Below, piece after piece: positions 35,206 through 44,313 of a DNA stretch of 64,000 nt. Under the pieces are notes generated by a model. That model had not been told where the DNA came from, made no database searches, and saw only the letters and a list, made by a program, of their open reading frames with translations. The position numbers and the translations under genes were made by a program. Location of the stretch: contig OZ241861.1 of NCBI GenBank assembly GCA_965202995.1, positions 483,299 through 547,298 on the forward strand, read 5' to 3'. The stretch comes from Tepidiformaceae bacterium (GTDB lineage: Bacteria; Chloroflexota; Dehalococcoidia; Tepidiformales; Tepidiformaceae). Within the stretch, counting starts at the first letter, position 1. Each line of letters begins with the position of its first letter.

Positions 35206-36023
35206 GCGCGCGCGCCGCCGCCGCCTCCGCCCGCGCGCGGCTGGAAGCGGCGGGCGTGCCCGACGCCGCCATCGAGGCGGAGACGCTCACGCTGCACGCG
35301 AGCGGCCTCGACCGCGCCGCCTACTTCGCGGGCGCGCCCATCGACGCCGCCTCCGCCGCCCGCCTCGAGGCGCTGCTGGCCCGCCGCCTGCGCCGCGAAC
35401 CCACGCCCTACCTGACGGGCGTGCGCGAATTCCACGGCGTGGAGCTGGCCGTGGGGCGCGGCGCGCTCATCCCCCGCCCCGAGACGGAGCTGCTCGTCGA
35501 ACTGGGCCTCGCCGAGCTGCGCGAACGCCCCGACGCCATCGTGATCGACGTGGGCGCGGGCTGCGGCGCCGTGGCCCTGGCGCTGGCGCTGGCCGAGCCG
35601 CGCGCGCGCGTGCTCGCCACCGACCTGAGCGCCGACGCCCTGCGCCTGGCCGCGCGCAACGTGGCCCGCCACGGCGCGGCGGTCGCGCTCGCGCGGGGCC
35701 ACCTCGCCGCCGCCGTGGCGCGCGCCGACGTGGTGCTCGCCAACCTGCCCTACGTGCCCGCGCGCGCCATCGACGCGCTGCAGCCGGAGATACGCCGCTG
35801 GGAGCCGCGCCTCGCGCTCGACGGGGGCGCGGACGGCCTCGACCTCGTGCGCGCCCTGCTCGACGACTGCGGCGCGCGCCTGCGCCCCCGCCTCGCCGCC
35901 CTCGAGGTGGGGCCGGGACAGGCCGGGCCCGTGGCCGCGTACGCCGCCGCGCTGGGCGCGGAGACGGACGTCGCGCCCGACCTCGCGGGGCGGGAACGGG
36001 CCGTCACGGCGCGATGGCGGTGA
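35202..36023 (+). CDS. prmC: release-factor glutamine N5-methyltransferase
   Basis: ORF-track 35202..36023. It has a GTGA overlap with prfA. SAM motif VIDVGAGCG and an NLPY variant of NPPY are present. Confidence 0.85.
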   Translation: MSARAAAASARARLEAAGVPDAAIEAETLTLHASGLDRAAYFAGAPIDAASAARLEALLARRLRREPTPYLTGVREFHGVELAVGRGALIPRPETELLVELGLAELRERPDAIVIDVGAGCGAVALALALAEPRARVLATDLSADALRLAARNVARHGAAVALARGHLAAAVARADVVLANLPYVPARAIDALQPEIRRWEPRLALDGGADGLDLVRALLDDCGARLRPRLAALEVGPGQAGPVAAYAAALGAETDVAPDLAGRERAVTARWR

Positions 36024-36811
36024 GGCTCGTCGCGCTCGACATCGACGGCACGCTGCTGCCGTCCGCGGGGCCCCACCGCGGCGAGCTCTCCCCGCGCCTG
36101 CGGGCGGCGATACGCGCGCTGGCGGCGAGCGGCTGCGCCGTCGTGCTGGCCAGCGGGCGGATGCTGCCGGGCGTCGTGCGCGTGGCCCGCGAACTCGGCC
36201 TGACCGCGCCGCTCATCGCGCAGGACGGCTGCGTGACCGCCGACGCCGACGGCCGCATCGCGCGCGAGCGGCGCATCGATCCCGCCCTCGCCCTCGACGT
36301 CGTCGGCTGGGCCCGCGCGCGCGGCTACGCCTGCGAGTGGTTCGGCACGCACCGCTACGCCGCCAGCGAGGAATCGGAGGCCACGCGCGTCTACGGCGAG
36401 ATGTGCGGCGTGTCCCCGGAGTACCATCCCGCGCCGGAGACGCTGGGCATCGAGCCCAACGGCGTGGGCGTGCTCAGCGACGGTGAGCGCTCCGCCGCCG
36501 TGCACCGCGCCCTCGCCGCGCGCCACGGCGACGCCCTCACGCTGCTCGATTTCCCGCACGTGACCGTGGCCGTCGCGCCCGACGCCAGCAAGGGCCGCGC
36601 GCTGGCGCTCGTGGCCCGCGACCTGGGCGCGCCGCGCGCGCGGACGCTGGCCATCGGCGATAGCGTGAACGACGCCTCCATGCTGGCCTGGGCGGGCCGC
36701 GGGCTGGCCGTGGCCGGCGCCGACCGCCACGCCCGCGAGGCCGCCGACGAGACGCTCCCCGACGAGGTGGACGCCGTGGCGCGGGCGCTGGAGCGCCTGC
36801 TCCCGCGCTAG
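36014..36811 (+). CDS. Cof-type HAD-IIB phosphatase
   Basis: ORF-track 36014..36811. LVALDIDGTLL ... GDSVNDASML are present. Confidence 0.85.
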   Translation: MAVRLVALDIDGTLLPSAGPHRGELSPRLRAAIRALAASGCAVVLASGRMLPGVVRVARELGLTAPLIAQDGCVTADADGRIARERRIDPALALDVVGWARARGYACEWFGTHRYAASEESEATRVYGEMCGVSPEYHPAPETLGIEPNGVGVLSDGERSAAVHRALAARHGDALTLLDFPHVTVAVAPDASKGRALALVARDLGAPRARTLAIGDSVNDASMLAWAGRGLAVAGADRHAREAADETLPDEVDAVARALERLLPR

Positions 36812-37401
36812 GTCGGGTCGATGCGGTGCCAGACGCGCATGAGCGCCAGCGAGACCGCGAGGATGGCCAGCGTCGCGCCCGCCACCGGCGCCGCCACCCG
36901 CACCCAGTCCAGCGTGGCCCCCTCCGCGGGCGTGGCGGCGGGCACGGCGTACTGCCCCGTGACCGCGCGGATGCGCGCCGTCAGCTCGGCCTCCGGCAGC
37001 CGCTCCGGCGGGCTGGCCCCGTTCACGGCCACGCCGTCCGCGATGACGAAGAGGGCGGACGCGAGCGGCGCTTCGTAGCCCGTTCCCCCACGCCGCAGCG
37101 CCGCCAGCGCGCGCATTCCCGCGGGGGGCGTGACGGCGAGGGGACAGCCGTCCCCGCCACCCGACGCCAGCGGGACCGCGTCCGCCGAGGCCGCGCCCTT
37201 GAGCCAGGCCTCCGGCAGGATGGCCGCGCCGCCAGCGCGCTCCGTCACCTCGCCCACGACCACCGCGTCGAAATCGGCGAGCGAGAAGCGCAGGTCGGCG
37301 AGGTCGAGGCGCGGGCACTCATCCCCCTGCGCGCGCGCGTTTCCCGTCGCGAGGAGGGCGGCCAGCGCCAGCGCCGCGAGGGCCGCGGCGGCGCGCCCCA
37401 T
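36808..37401 (-). CDS. exported hypothetical protein with a C-terminal membrane anchor
   Basis: ATG 37401 (MGRAAAALAALALAALLATGNARA...) begins the last 197 codons of ORF-track 36808..38628. It has a signal peptide and a C-terminal TM helix (VAAPVAGATLAILAVSLALM). Confidence 0.6.
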   Translation of the reverse strand: MGRAAAALAALALAALLATGNARAQGDECPRLDLADLRFSLADFDAVVVGEVTERAGGAAILPEAWLKGAASADAVPLASGGGDGCPLAVTPPAGMRALAALRRGGTGYEAPLASALFVIADGVAVNGASPPERLPEAELTARIRAVTGQYAVPAATPAEGATLDWVRVAAPVAGATLAILAVSLALMRVWHRIDPT

Positions 37402-37424
37402 CGTGCCGCCGTCCCCGTCGCGGC

Positions 37425-38570
37425 CTACGATTCCGCCTGCGCGAACTGGTAGATCTTGCCCTCCGTCTTGATGGAGGGGGCGATCACCATCTCCGCTTCC
37501 TGGAATTCGCGGATGGTGTGCGCGCCGCACATGCCCATGGCCGTGCGCAGCGCGCCCGCCAGGTTCTCCGTGCCGTCGGTGCGGCTGGTGGGGCCGAAGA
37601 GCGTCTTCTGCAGCGTCGTGTTCACGCCCACGAACACGCGCGTGCCGCGGGGCAGGTCGGCATGCGAGGTGGCCATGCCCCAGTGGTAGCCGCGCCCGGG
37701 CGCCTCCGTGGTGGCCGCGAAGGGCGACCCCATCATCACACCGTCCGCCCCCGCCGCGAAGCACTTGCACACGTCCCCGCCGGTGCGGATGCCGCCGTCG
37801 GTGATGATGGGCACGTAGTTGCCCGTCTCTGCGAGGTGGGCCTCGCGCGCGGCGGCGCAGTCGATGGTGGCGGTCACCTGCGGCACGCCGATGCCGAGCA
37901 CCTCGCGGCTGGTGCAGCCCGCGCCCGGCCCCACGCCCACGAGCACGGCGGCCACGCCCGTGCGCATCACCTCGCGCGTGGCCGTGAAGCCCACCGTGTT
38001 GCCCACCGCCACGGGAATGCGAACCTGCTCCAGCAGCTTCTCGAAGCGCAGCCCCTCGATGCTGCTCGATTCGTGCCGCGCCGTCGTCACCGTGCTCTGC
38101 ACCACGAGCAGGTCCGCGCCCGCCTCCTGCACGATGGGCGCGTAGCGCTTCGTGCTCTTCGGCGTCACGGACACGGCCGCCACGGCCCCGCCCTCCTTCA
38201 TCTCCGCCACGCGCCGCGCCACCAGCTCGTCGCGGATGGGGCGCTGGAAGGCCGCCTGCAGGATGGCCGTGGCCTCGTCGCGGTTCACCGAGGCCACCTC
38301 GTCGAGAATCGGGCGCGGCTCGTCGTAGCGCGTCCAGATGCCCTCCAGGTTGAGCACGCCGAGGCCGCCCGCCCCGTGCATCAGCCGCGCGAAGGCCGGA
38401 TCCACCACCGCGTCCATGGCCGAGGCGATGAAGGGCAGGTCGAAATGGTGCGGCCCGATGTCGAGGCCGATCTCGACCAGCTCGGGGTTGATCGTCGATT
38501 CGCCGGGCACGATGGCCACGTCGTCGAACCCGTAGGCGTGCCGGAGCTGCTTGATGCGCGGGGCGTTCAC
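37425..38570 (-). CDS. IMP dehydrogenase-family protein (GuaB3-like, no CBS pair evident)
   Basis: GTG 38570 lies 7 nt after GAAGGAGG and is in frame with ORF-track 37425..38684. YGFDDVAIVPG ... GVGPGAGCTSREVLGIGVPQ ... GGIRTGGD is the IMPDH/GMPR barrel. Confidence 0.85.
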   Translation of the reverse strand: MNAPRIKQLRHAYGFDDVAIVPGESTINPELVEIGLDIGPHHFDLPFIASAMDAVVDPAFARLMHGAGGLGVLNLEGIWTRYDEPRPILDEVASVNRDEATAILQAAFQRPIRDELVARRVAEMKEGGAVAAVSVTPKSTKRYAPIVQEAGADLLVVQSTVTTARHESSSIEGLRFEKLLEQVRIPVAVGNTVGFTATREVMRTGVAAVLVGVGPGAGCTSREVLGIGVPQVTATIDCAAAREAHLAETGNYVPIITDGGIRTGGDVCKCFAAGADGVMMGSPFAATTEAPGRGYHWGMATSHADLPRGTRVFVGVNTTLQKTLFGPTSRTDGTENLAGALRTAMGMCGAHTIREFQEAEMVIAPSIKTEGKIYQFAQAES

Positions 38571-38808
38571 GGGCGGTCCTCCTTCGGGACGTGCGAAAGG
38601 CCGCGTCCCGAAAGGCGGGGCGCGGCAACGGGCGGAGCGGACGCGGCGCGGGGGTTCACCGGAGCGGATTCCGTTCGGGACCAAGCGGATCGGAACGCAT
38701 CGTCACGGCTCCCCCCAGCCTAGCGCCGCGCCCGCGCGCGGGCAACGCCGTTCGCCCCGCGCTGGCCGGAATTCGCACGGGCGCGGCCATTCTGTGAAGC
38801 TGGCGCGC

Positions 38809-39666
38809 ATGGACGAGCTCGCCCCCGGCCTCTACGTGGTGGCCACGCCCATCGGCAACCTCGGCGACCTGGGCGAGCGTGCGGCGGCGGTGCTGCGCGC
38901 GGCCACGCTCGTGGCCGCCGAGGACACGCGCTCCCTGCGCCGCCTGGCGCGCCGCGCGGACGTCGCCGCCCCCGCCATGAGCCTCACCGAGCACAACGTG
39001 GAGGCCCGCATCCCGCGCCTGCTGGAGGCCGCGCGCGCGGGCCCCGTGGCCCTCGCCTGCGACGCGGGCACGCCCCTCGTGGCCGACCCCGGCGCGCGCG
39101 CCGTGGACGCCGCCCACCGCGCGGGCGTGCCCGTGCGCGCCGTGCCCGGCCCCTCCGCGCTCACCGCGGCGCTCTCCGTGGCCGGCTTCGACGCCAGCGA
39201 CGTGCGCTTCGGCGGCTTCCCTCCGCGCGCAGCGGGCAAGCGGCGGCGCTGGCTGGCGGAGGCCGCGCGGGGCGCGCGCACGCTCCTCTTCTTCGAGAGT
39301 CCGCGGCGGGTGGCCGCGACCCTGCGCGACGCCGCCGACGCGCTCGACGACCCGCCCGCCGCCGTCTGCCGCGAGCTCACGAAGCTGCACGAGGAGACGG
39401 TGCGCGGCCCCGCCTCCGCGCTGGCCGAACGCTTCGCGGAGACGCGCGGCGAGTGCGCGGTGGCCATCGACCTGCGCGGCTGGGCGGCGCGCGCCGACGA
39501 GCGCGAGCTGCGCGCCTACCTCGCCGAGATGCGGGAAGCGGGCGCGCGACGGGCGGCGGCGGCGGCGCTGGCGGCGCGGCGCTTCGGCGTGCCCCGCGCG
39601 CGCGCCTGGGACGCCTGGCCGGACGCGGACGGCGGCGGCGGGGCCGCCAACGCGCGACGGTGCTAG
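38809..39666 (+). CDS. rsmI: 16S rRNA (cytidine1402-2'-O)-methyltransferase
   Basis: ATG 38809 is in frame with ORF-track 38551..39666; GTG 38794 is an alternative start. LYVVATPIGNLGDL ... AEDTR ... DAGTPLVADPG ... LTKLHEE are present. Confidence 0.88.
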   Translation: MDELAPGLYVVATPIGNLGDLGERAAAVLRAATLVAAEDTRSLRRLARRADVAAPAMSLTEHNVEARIPRLLEAARAGPVALACDAGTPLVADPGARAVDAAHRAGVPVRAVPGPSALTAALSVAGFDASDVRFGGFPPRAAGKRRRWLAEAARGARTLLFFESPRRVAATLRDAADALDDPPAAVCRELTKLHEETVRGPASALAERFAETRGECAVAIDLRGWAARADERELRAYLAEMREAGARRAAAAALAARRFGVPRARAWDAWPDADGGGGAANARRC

Positions 39667-39669
39667 AAT
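39661..39669 (+). promoter_or_regulatory. extended -10 element TGcTAGAAT upstream of metG (inside the end of rsmI)
   Basis: TGC at 39661-39663 plus TAGAAT at 39664-39669, 29 nt before GTG 39698. Confidence 0.4.
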
Positions 39670-39697
39670 CCGCGTACCGCTCGCCAAAGGGGACGCC

Positions 39698-41347
39698 GTG
39701 GCCGAACGCATCTTCGTGGGTGTGGCCTGGCCCTACGCGAACTATCTGCTCCACGCCGGGCAGGCGGCGGGGGCCTACCTCCCCGCCGACATCTTCGCGC
39801 GCTACCACCGCATGGCCGGGAACGACGTGCTCATGGTCTCCGGCTCCGACTGCCACGGCACGCCCATCACCGTGGCCGCTGGGGACGAGGGCGTCGCCCC
39901 CCGCGACGTCATCGACCGCTACCACCCCAAAATGCTGGAGTGCTGGGAGCGCTTCGGCATCTCCTTCGACCTTTACACGACCACGCTCACGGAGAACCAC
40001 CGCGAGACCGTGCAGGCCATCTTCACGCGCCTGCTGGAGCGGGGCCACCTCTACCGCGGCGCCCAGGACCAGCTCTACGACCCCGAGGCCGGGCGCTTCC
40101 TGCCCGACCGCTACGTGGAGGGCACCTGCCCGCGCTGCGCCGCCGCCGACGCCCGCGGCGACCAGTGCGACCAGTGCGGATCGCAGCTGGACGCCATCGA
40201 CCTGATCGAGCCGCGCAGCCGCCTGAGCGGGGCCGCGCCGGAGGTGCGCCGCTCCGAGCACTTCCTGCTGCGCCTCTCCGCTTTCGGGGACGAACTGGCC
40301 GCGTGGGTGCGTAAGCAGGCGCACTGGAGGCGGAACGTGGCCAACTTTACGCTGGGCGTCCTCGACGAGGGGCTCAAGGACCGCGCCATCACGCGCGACA
40401 TCGACTGGGGCGTGCCGGTGCCCGTGCCGGGCTACGAGGACAAGCGCATCTACGTGTGGTTCGACGCCGTCATCGGCTACCTCTCCGCCTCCCGCGAATG
40501 GGCCGCCCGCGAGGGCGATCCGGAGGCGTGGCGCGCCTGGTGGGAAGACGGCGACGCCCGCGCCTTCTACTTCATCGGCAAGGACAACATCGTCTTCCAC
40601 ACGCTCATCTGGCCCGCCATGCTCCTCGGCCACGGCGGCCTCGACCTGCCCCACGACGTGCCCGCCAACCAGTACGTCACCTTCGCCTCCGGCCAGAAGC
40701 AGAGCAAGTCGAAGGGCGCCGCCACCTGGCTGCTCGACCTGCTCGACGCCTACGACGCCGACGTGGTGCGCTTCTACCTCACGCGCATCATGCCCGAGAC
40801 CGCCGACGCCGAATTCCGCGAGGACGAGCTGATCCGCGCCAACAACGAGGTGCTGATCGCCACCTGGGGCAACCTCGTGAACCGCGTGCTGGCCATGATC
40901 CGGCGCGACTTCGGCGGCGCCGTGCCCGACCCCGGCGCGCCCGGCGCGGAGAGCGCGGCGCTGCTGGACGCGGTGCGCGCGGGCTTCGACCGCTGCGGCG
41001 CGGAGTACGCCGCCTGCCGCTTCCGCGGCGCCCTGCGCGAGGCCCTCTCCATCGCCCAGGAGGCCAACCGCTACCTCGACGCGCGCGCCCCCTGGAAGGC
41101 CGTGCGCGAGGACCGCGCGCACGCCGCCGAGACGCTGCACACGGCCCTGCAGGCCATCTCCGGGCTGTGCGCCCTGCTCCATCCCGTGCTGCCCTTCTCC
41201 ACCGCGCGGCTGCACGCCATCCTCGGCCACGAGGGCGACCCCCGCACGACGGGCTGGCGCCTGCTCGAGGCCCCCGCCGGTCGCCCCCTCGGCGAGGGCG
41301 GCGCGCTCTACCGCAAGATCGACCTGCCCGAGGCGGCCACCGCCTGA
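39698..41347 (+). CDS. metG: methionine--tRNA ligase
   Basis: ORF-track 39698..41347. It has a HIGH-like region (PYANYLLHAGQ), the zinc knuckle CPRCAAADARGDQCDQC and KMSKS-like KQSKS. Confidence 0.92.
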   Translation: MAERIFVGVAWPYANYLLHAGQAAGAYLPADIFARYHRMAGNDVLMVSGSDCHGTPITVAAGDEGVAPRDVIDRYHPKMLECWERFGISFDLYTTTLTENHRETVQAIFTRLLERGHLYRGAQDQLYDPEAGRFLPDRYVEGTCPRCAAADARGDQCDQCGSQLDAIDLIEPRSRLSGAAPEVRRSEHFLLRLSAFGDELAAWVRKQAHWRRNVANFTLGVLDEGLKDRAITRDIDWGVPVPVPGYEDKRIYVWFDAVIGYLSASREWAAREGDPEAWRAWWEDGDARAFYFIGKDNIVFHTLIWPAMLLGHGGLDLPHDVPANQYVTFASGQKQSKSKGAATWLLDLLDAYDADVVRFYLTRIMPETADAEFREDELIRANNEVLIATWGNLVNRVLAMIRRDFGGAVPDPGAPGAESAALLDAVRAGFDRCGAEYAACRFRGALREALSIAQEANRYLDARAPWKAVREDRAHAAETLHTALQAISGLCALLHPVLPFSTARLHAILGHEGDPRTTGWRLLEAPAGRPLGEGGALYRKIDLPEAATA

Positions 41348-42162
41348 TGCGCCTCGTCGATTCCCACAGCCACCTGCAGGACGCGCGCTTCGACGCCGAC
41401 CGCGAGGCCGTGCTGGCGCGCGCCGCCGCGGCTGGCGTGGAGGCCATCGCCGTCTGCGGCGAGGATCTCGCCTCCAGCGAGGCCGCCGTCGCCCTGGCCG
41501 CGCGCACGGACGCCCCGCGCCTCTTCGCCACGGCGGGCTTTCACCCGCACGAGGCCGCGCGCGCCACGGACGAAGCGCTCGACGCCATCGAGCGGCTCGC
41601 GCGCGAGGGGCGCGTGGCCGCCATCGGCGAAATCGGCCTCGACTTCCACCGCGAACGCGCCCCGCGCGCGGTCCAGCGTCGCGCCCTCGACGCGCAGCTG
41701 GAGCTGGCGGCGCGGCTGGGGCTGCCCGTGAGCGTCCATTCGCGTGGCGCCGAGGCCGAGCTGGAGCCGCACCTGGCCCGCTTCGCCGCGCGCTCGCCGC
41801 TGGCCGCGCGGGGCCGCCCCCACGGCGTGCTCCACGCCTTCGGAGGCGCGCCGGAACAGGCGCGGCGCTACGTGGCGCTGGGCTTCCTCGTCTCGCTCGC
41901 CTGCTCGGCGGGCTACCGCGCCAACGACGAGGCGCGTCGCGTGGCCGCCGAGCTGCCGCCCGACGCCCTGCTCATCGAGACCGACAGCCCCGCCCTGCCG
42001 CCGCGCGACCGCCGCGGCGAGCGCAACGAACCGGCGCACGTGCGCGACGCCGCCGGGGTCGTGGCCGGGGCGCGCGGCGAACCCGTCGAGGCGGTCGCCG
42101 CCGTCACCGCCGCCAACGCCCTGCGCCTCTTCGGCGCTGCCGTCGCGGAGGCCCCCGCGTGA
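41347..42162 (+). CDS. tatD: TatD-family metal-dependent DNase/hydrolase
   Basis: ATG 41347 shares one nt with the metG stop (TGATG) and is in frame with ORF-track 40456..42162. MRLVDSHSHL ... GEIGLDFH ... VSVHSR ... IETDSP are present. Confidence 0.88.
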   Translation: MRLVDSHSHLQDARFDADREAVLARAAAAGVEAIAVCGEDLASSEAAVALAARTDAPRLFATAGFHPHEAARATDEALDAIERLAREGRVAAIGEIGLDFHRERAPRAVQRRALDAQLELAARLGLPVSVHSRGAEAELEPHLARFAARSPLAARGRPHGVLHAFGGAPEQARRYVALGFLVSLACSAGYRANDEARRVAAELPPDALLIETDSPALPPRDRRGERNEPAHVRDAAGVVAGARGEPVEAVAAVTAANALRLFGAAVAEAPA

Positions 42163-43148
42163 CGCAGGCGCGGCAGGCGCGCATGGCGGCCGCCCTCTAC
42201 GGGCCCGTGGCCGAGGACATGATCCTCGTGGACGACCTGCTGGAGTCGGTGAAGCGCGTGGAGCTGGCCCCCCTGCGGCGGATGCTCGACCACGCCCTCG
42301 CGCCGCGCGGCAAGCGGCTGCGGCCCGCGCTCGTGCTGCTGGCGGGGGCCTTCGGCGACTACGACCTCAACCGCCTCACGCCGCTGGGCGCGGCCATCGA
42401 GCTGCTGCACACGGCCAGCCTCGTGCACGACGACGTGGTGGACGGCGCCAACAGCCGCCGCGGGCGGCCCACCGCCAACGCCGTGTTCGACAACGCCCTC
42501 ACCGTGCTGCTCGGCGACTTCATGTTCGCCAACGCGGCGGAGATGGTGACGCGCACGGGCAGCCTCGCCGTCACCCGCCTCTTCGCCCTCACGCTCATGA
42601 AGATGACGAACGGCGAGCTGGACCAGGACGCCGCCGCCTTCGACGTGGGGCGCGACGTGCAGCAGTACCTCTGGCGCATCGGCGGCAAGACGGCGGCCCT
42701 CTTCGCCACCTCCACGCAGGGCGGGGCCATGCTGGCGGGCTGCGACGACGAGGGCGTCGAGGCCCTGCGCGGCTACGGCTACAACCTCGGCATGGCCTTC
42801 CAGATCATCGACGACATCCTCGATTTCGTGGGCGACGAGGACGAGATGGGCAAGCCCGCGGGCGGCGACCTGCTGGAGGGCACGATCACGCTGCCCGCGC
42901 TCTTCTACCTGCGCTCGGCCCCGCGCGAGAATCCCGTGCGCCGCTTCCTCGCCGCCGGGGACGGGCGCGCCGCGCGCCTGCCGGAGGCCCTCACCGCCGT
43001 GGTCCAGTCGGACGCCATCGAGTCGGCGCGGTCGCTGGCGCGCGAGTTCGCGGAGCGCGCCGCCGGGGGCCTCGCCGCGCTGCCCGCGGGCGACGCGCGC
43101 CGCACGCTCGACGAGCTGGGCGGCTACGTGCTCACGCGCCGCGCCTGA
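42159..43148 (+). CDS. polyprenyl diphosphate synthase (trans-IPPS, long-chain type)
   Basis: ORF-track 42159..43148. Two DDxxD motifs are present (LVHDDVVD, IIDDILD). Confidence 0.88.
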   Translation: MTQARQARMAAALYGPVAEDMILVDDLLESVKRVELAPLRRMLDHALAPRGKRLRPALVLLAGAFGDYDLNRLTPLGAAIELLHTASLVHDDVVDGANSRRGRPTANAVFDNALTVLLGDFMFANAAEMVTRTGSLAVTRLFALTLMKMTNGELDQDAAAFDVGRDVQQYLWRIGGKTAALFATSTQGGAMLAGCDDEGVEALRGYGYNLGMAFQIIDDILDFVGDEDEMGKPAGGDLLEGTITLPALFYLRSAPRENPVRRFLAAGDGRAARLPEALTAVVQSDAIESARSLAREFAERAAGGLAALPAGDARRTLDELGGYVLTRRA

Positions 43149-43203
43149 GCGCATCGCGCCCGCGCCCGTTGCCGCGCCGCCGACGGGCGCGTACGATTCC
43201 CGC

Positions 43204-43821
43204 ATGGTCGCGTTCGACACGCTCAAGGCCTCCCAGCGGCTGCGGAAAGCGGGGTTCCCCGAGGATCAGGCGAACGCGCTCGTCTCGGCCTTCGCCGAGG
43301 ACATCGGCGCGAACCTCGCCACGAAAGACGACATCGCCCTCCTGCGCAAGGACTTCGACGTCCTCCGGCACGACTTCGACGTCCTCCGCCACGACGTCGC
43401 CAGCGACATCGAGTCGCTCAGGGAGAGCATGGAACGGGAGAACGCGGCGCTGCGGAAGGACTTCGCCAACGAGATGGCGGCCTTGCGGAAGGACTTCACC
43501 AATCAGATGGCGGCGCAGCAGGGCGAACTCGCCAACGCGATGGCGGCCTTGCGGAAGGACTTCGCCAACCAGATGGCGGCGCAGCAGAGCGAACTCGCCA
43601 GCCAGACGGGGGCGCTCCGCACGGACGTCGCCAACCAGGTGGCGGCGCAGCAGCGCGAACTCGCCAATCAGACGGCGGCGCTGCGGAAGGACTTCGCCAG
43701 CGAGCGGGAACTCCTCCGGAAGGAGATCAGCCTGCGCATCGCGCTGGGCTTCACCGGCGCCACGACGCTGATCCTGGCCGCCATCGGCGCGGCCACCGGC
43801 ATCATCGTCGCGCTTACCTGA
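43204..43821 (+). CDS. DUF1640-like coiled-coil protein with internal 22-aa repeats and a C-terminal TM anchor
   Basis: ORF-track 43204..43821. The N-terminus FDTLKASQRLRKAGFPEDQANALVSAF resembles DUF1640. AALRKDFANQMAAQQ.ELA repeats and the C-terminal helix GATTLILAAIGAATGIIVAL are present. Confidence 0.65.
   Translation: MVAFDTLKASQRLRKAGFPEDQANALVSAFAEDIGANLATKDDIALLRKDFDVLRHDFDVLRHDVASDIESLRESMERENAALRKDFANEMAALRKDFTNQMAAQQGELANAMAALRKDFANQMAAQQSELASQTGALRTDVANQVAAQQRELANQTAALRKDFASERELLRKEISLRIALGFTGATTLILAAIGAATGIIVALT
43351..43392. repeat. 21-bp tandem duplication (gacttcgacgtcctccgNcac x2)
   Basis: 43351-43371 and 43372-43392 differ at one position and encode DFDVLRH DFDVLRH. Confidence 0.85.
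43444..43704. repeat. 66-bp (22-codon) tandem repeats, about 3.5 units plus a leading half unit
   Basis: Units start at 43444 (half unit), 43477, 43543, 43609 and 43675. Units 43477 and 43543 are near-identical. Confidence 0.85.
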
Positions 43822-44281
43822 GCTTCCGCTTCAGCTCCGGGTGGATGCGGCTGGGCACGCCCTTCTTGATCACGTCCCGCCGCTCGTAGGCGGCGCGCAC
43901 CTCGCTGGGCGGGATGGGGTTGTTGAACATGTCCACGAGATCGCCCCTCGCCGCCGTCTCGCGCATGTCGCGCAGGGCGGAGCGCTCCCCCCGCGTGAGC
44001 CCCGGCTTCGGCTTCGGCTTGTTGATCTCGGGATGCTCGTTGGGGCGCCCCCCCGTGAGGCGCTTGCTCACCTTCTTGCCCAGGTGCCAGTAGGTGCCGT
44101 CGTCGGGAATCTTGCGCGGATAGCCGTCGCGGAAGGTGAAGGCCGAGAACGACGTGGGCATGATGCGCCCCGCCTCCTCGTAGCACTCCGGGCAGGGCAC
44201 CGGCTCCGACGCCTCGCGCATGGGGCGCAGCTCCTCGAACACCCCGTGGCAGGGCTGGCAGTAGTACTCGTAGAGGGGCAT
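43814..44281 (-). CDS. FmdB-family zinc-ribbon protein with a long basic C-terminal extension
   Basis: ORF-track 43814..44281. MPLYEYYCQPCHGVFEELR ... VPCPECY is the CxxC...CxxC FmdB ribbon. Its 3' end overlaps the convergent gene by 8 nt. Confidence 0.7.
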   Translation of the reverse strand: MPLYEYYCQPCHGVFEELRPMREASEPVPCPECYEEAGRIMPTSFSAFTFRDGYPRKIPDDGTYWHLGKKVSKRLTGGRPNEHPEINKPKPKPGLTRGERSALRDMRETAARGDLVDMFNNPIPPSEVRAAYERRDVIKKGVPSRIHPELKRKLR

Positions 44282-44313
44282 GGCGTACCTCGCGGCGAGC
44301 GGCCTCGCGCCCC

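Noticed and set aside
38571-38808. The 238-nt divergent intergenic region between the guaB-like and rsmI genes as a purine or other riboswitch.
   Set aside because: It contains hairpins, including cgggacg...cgtcccg, but no conserved riboswitch core that I recognise. A covariance-model scan would be needed.
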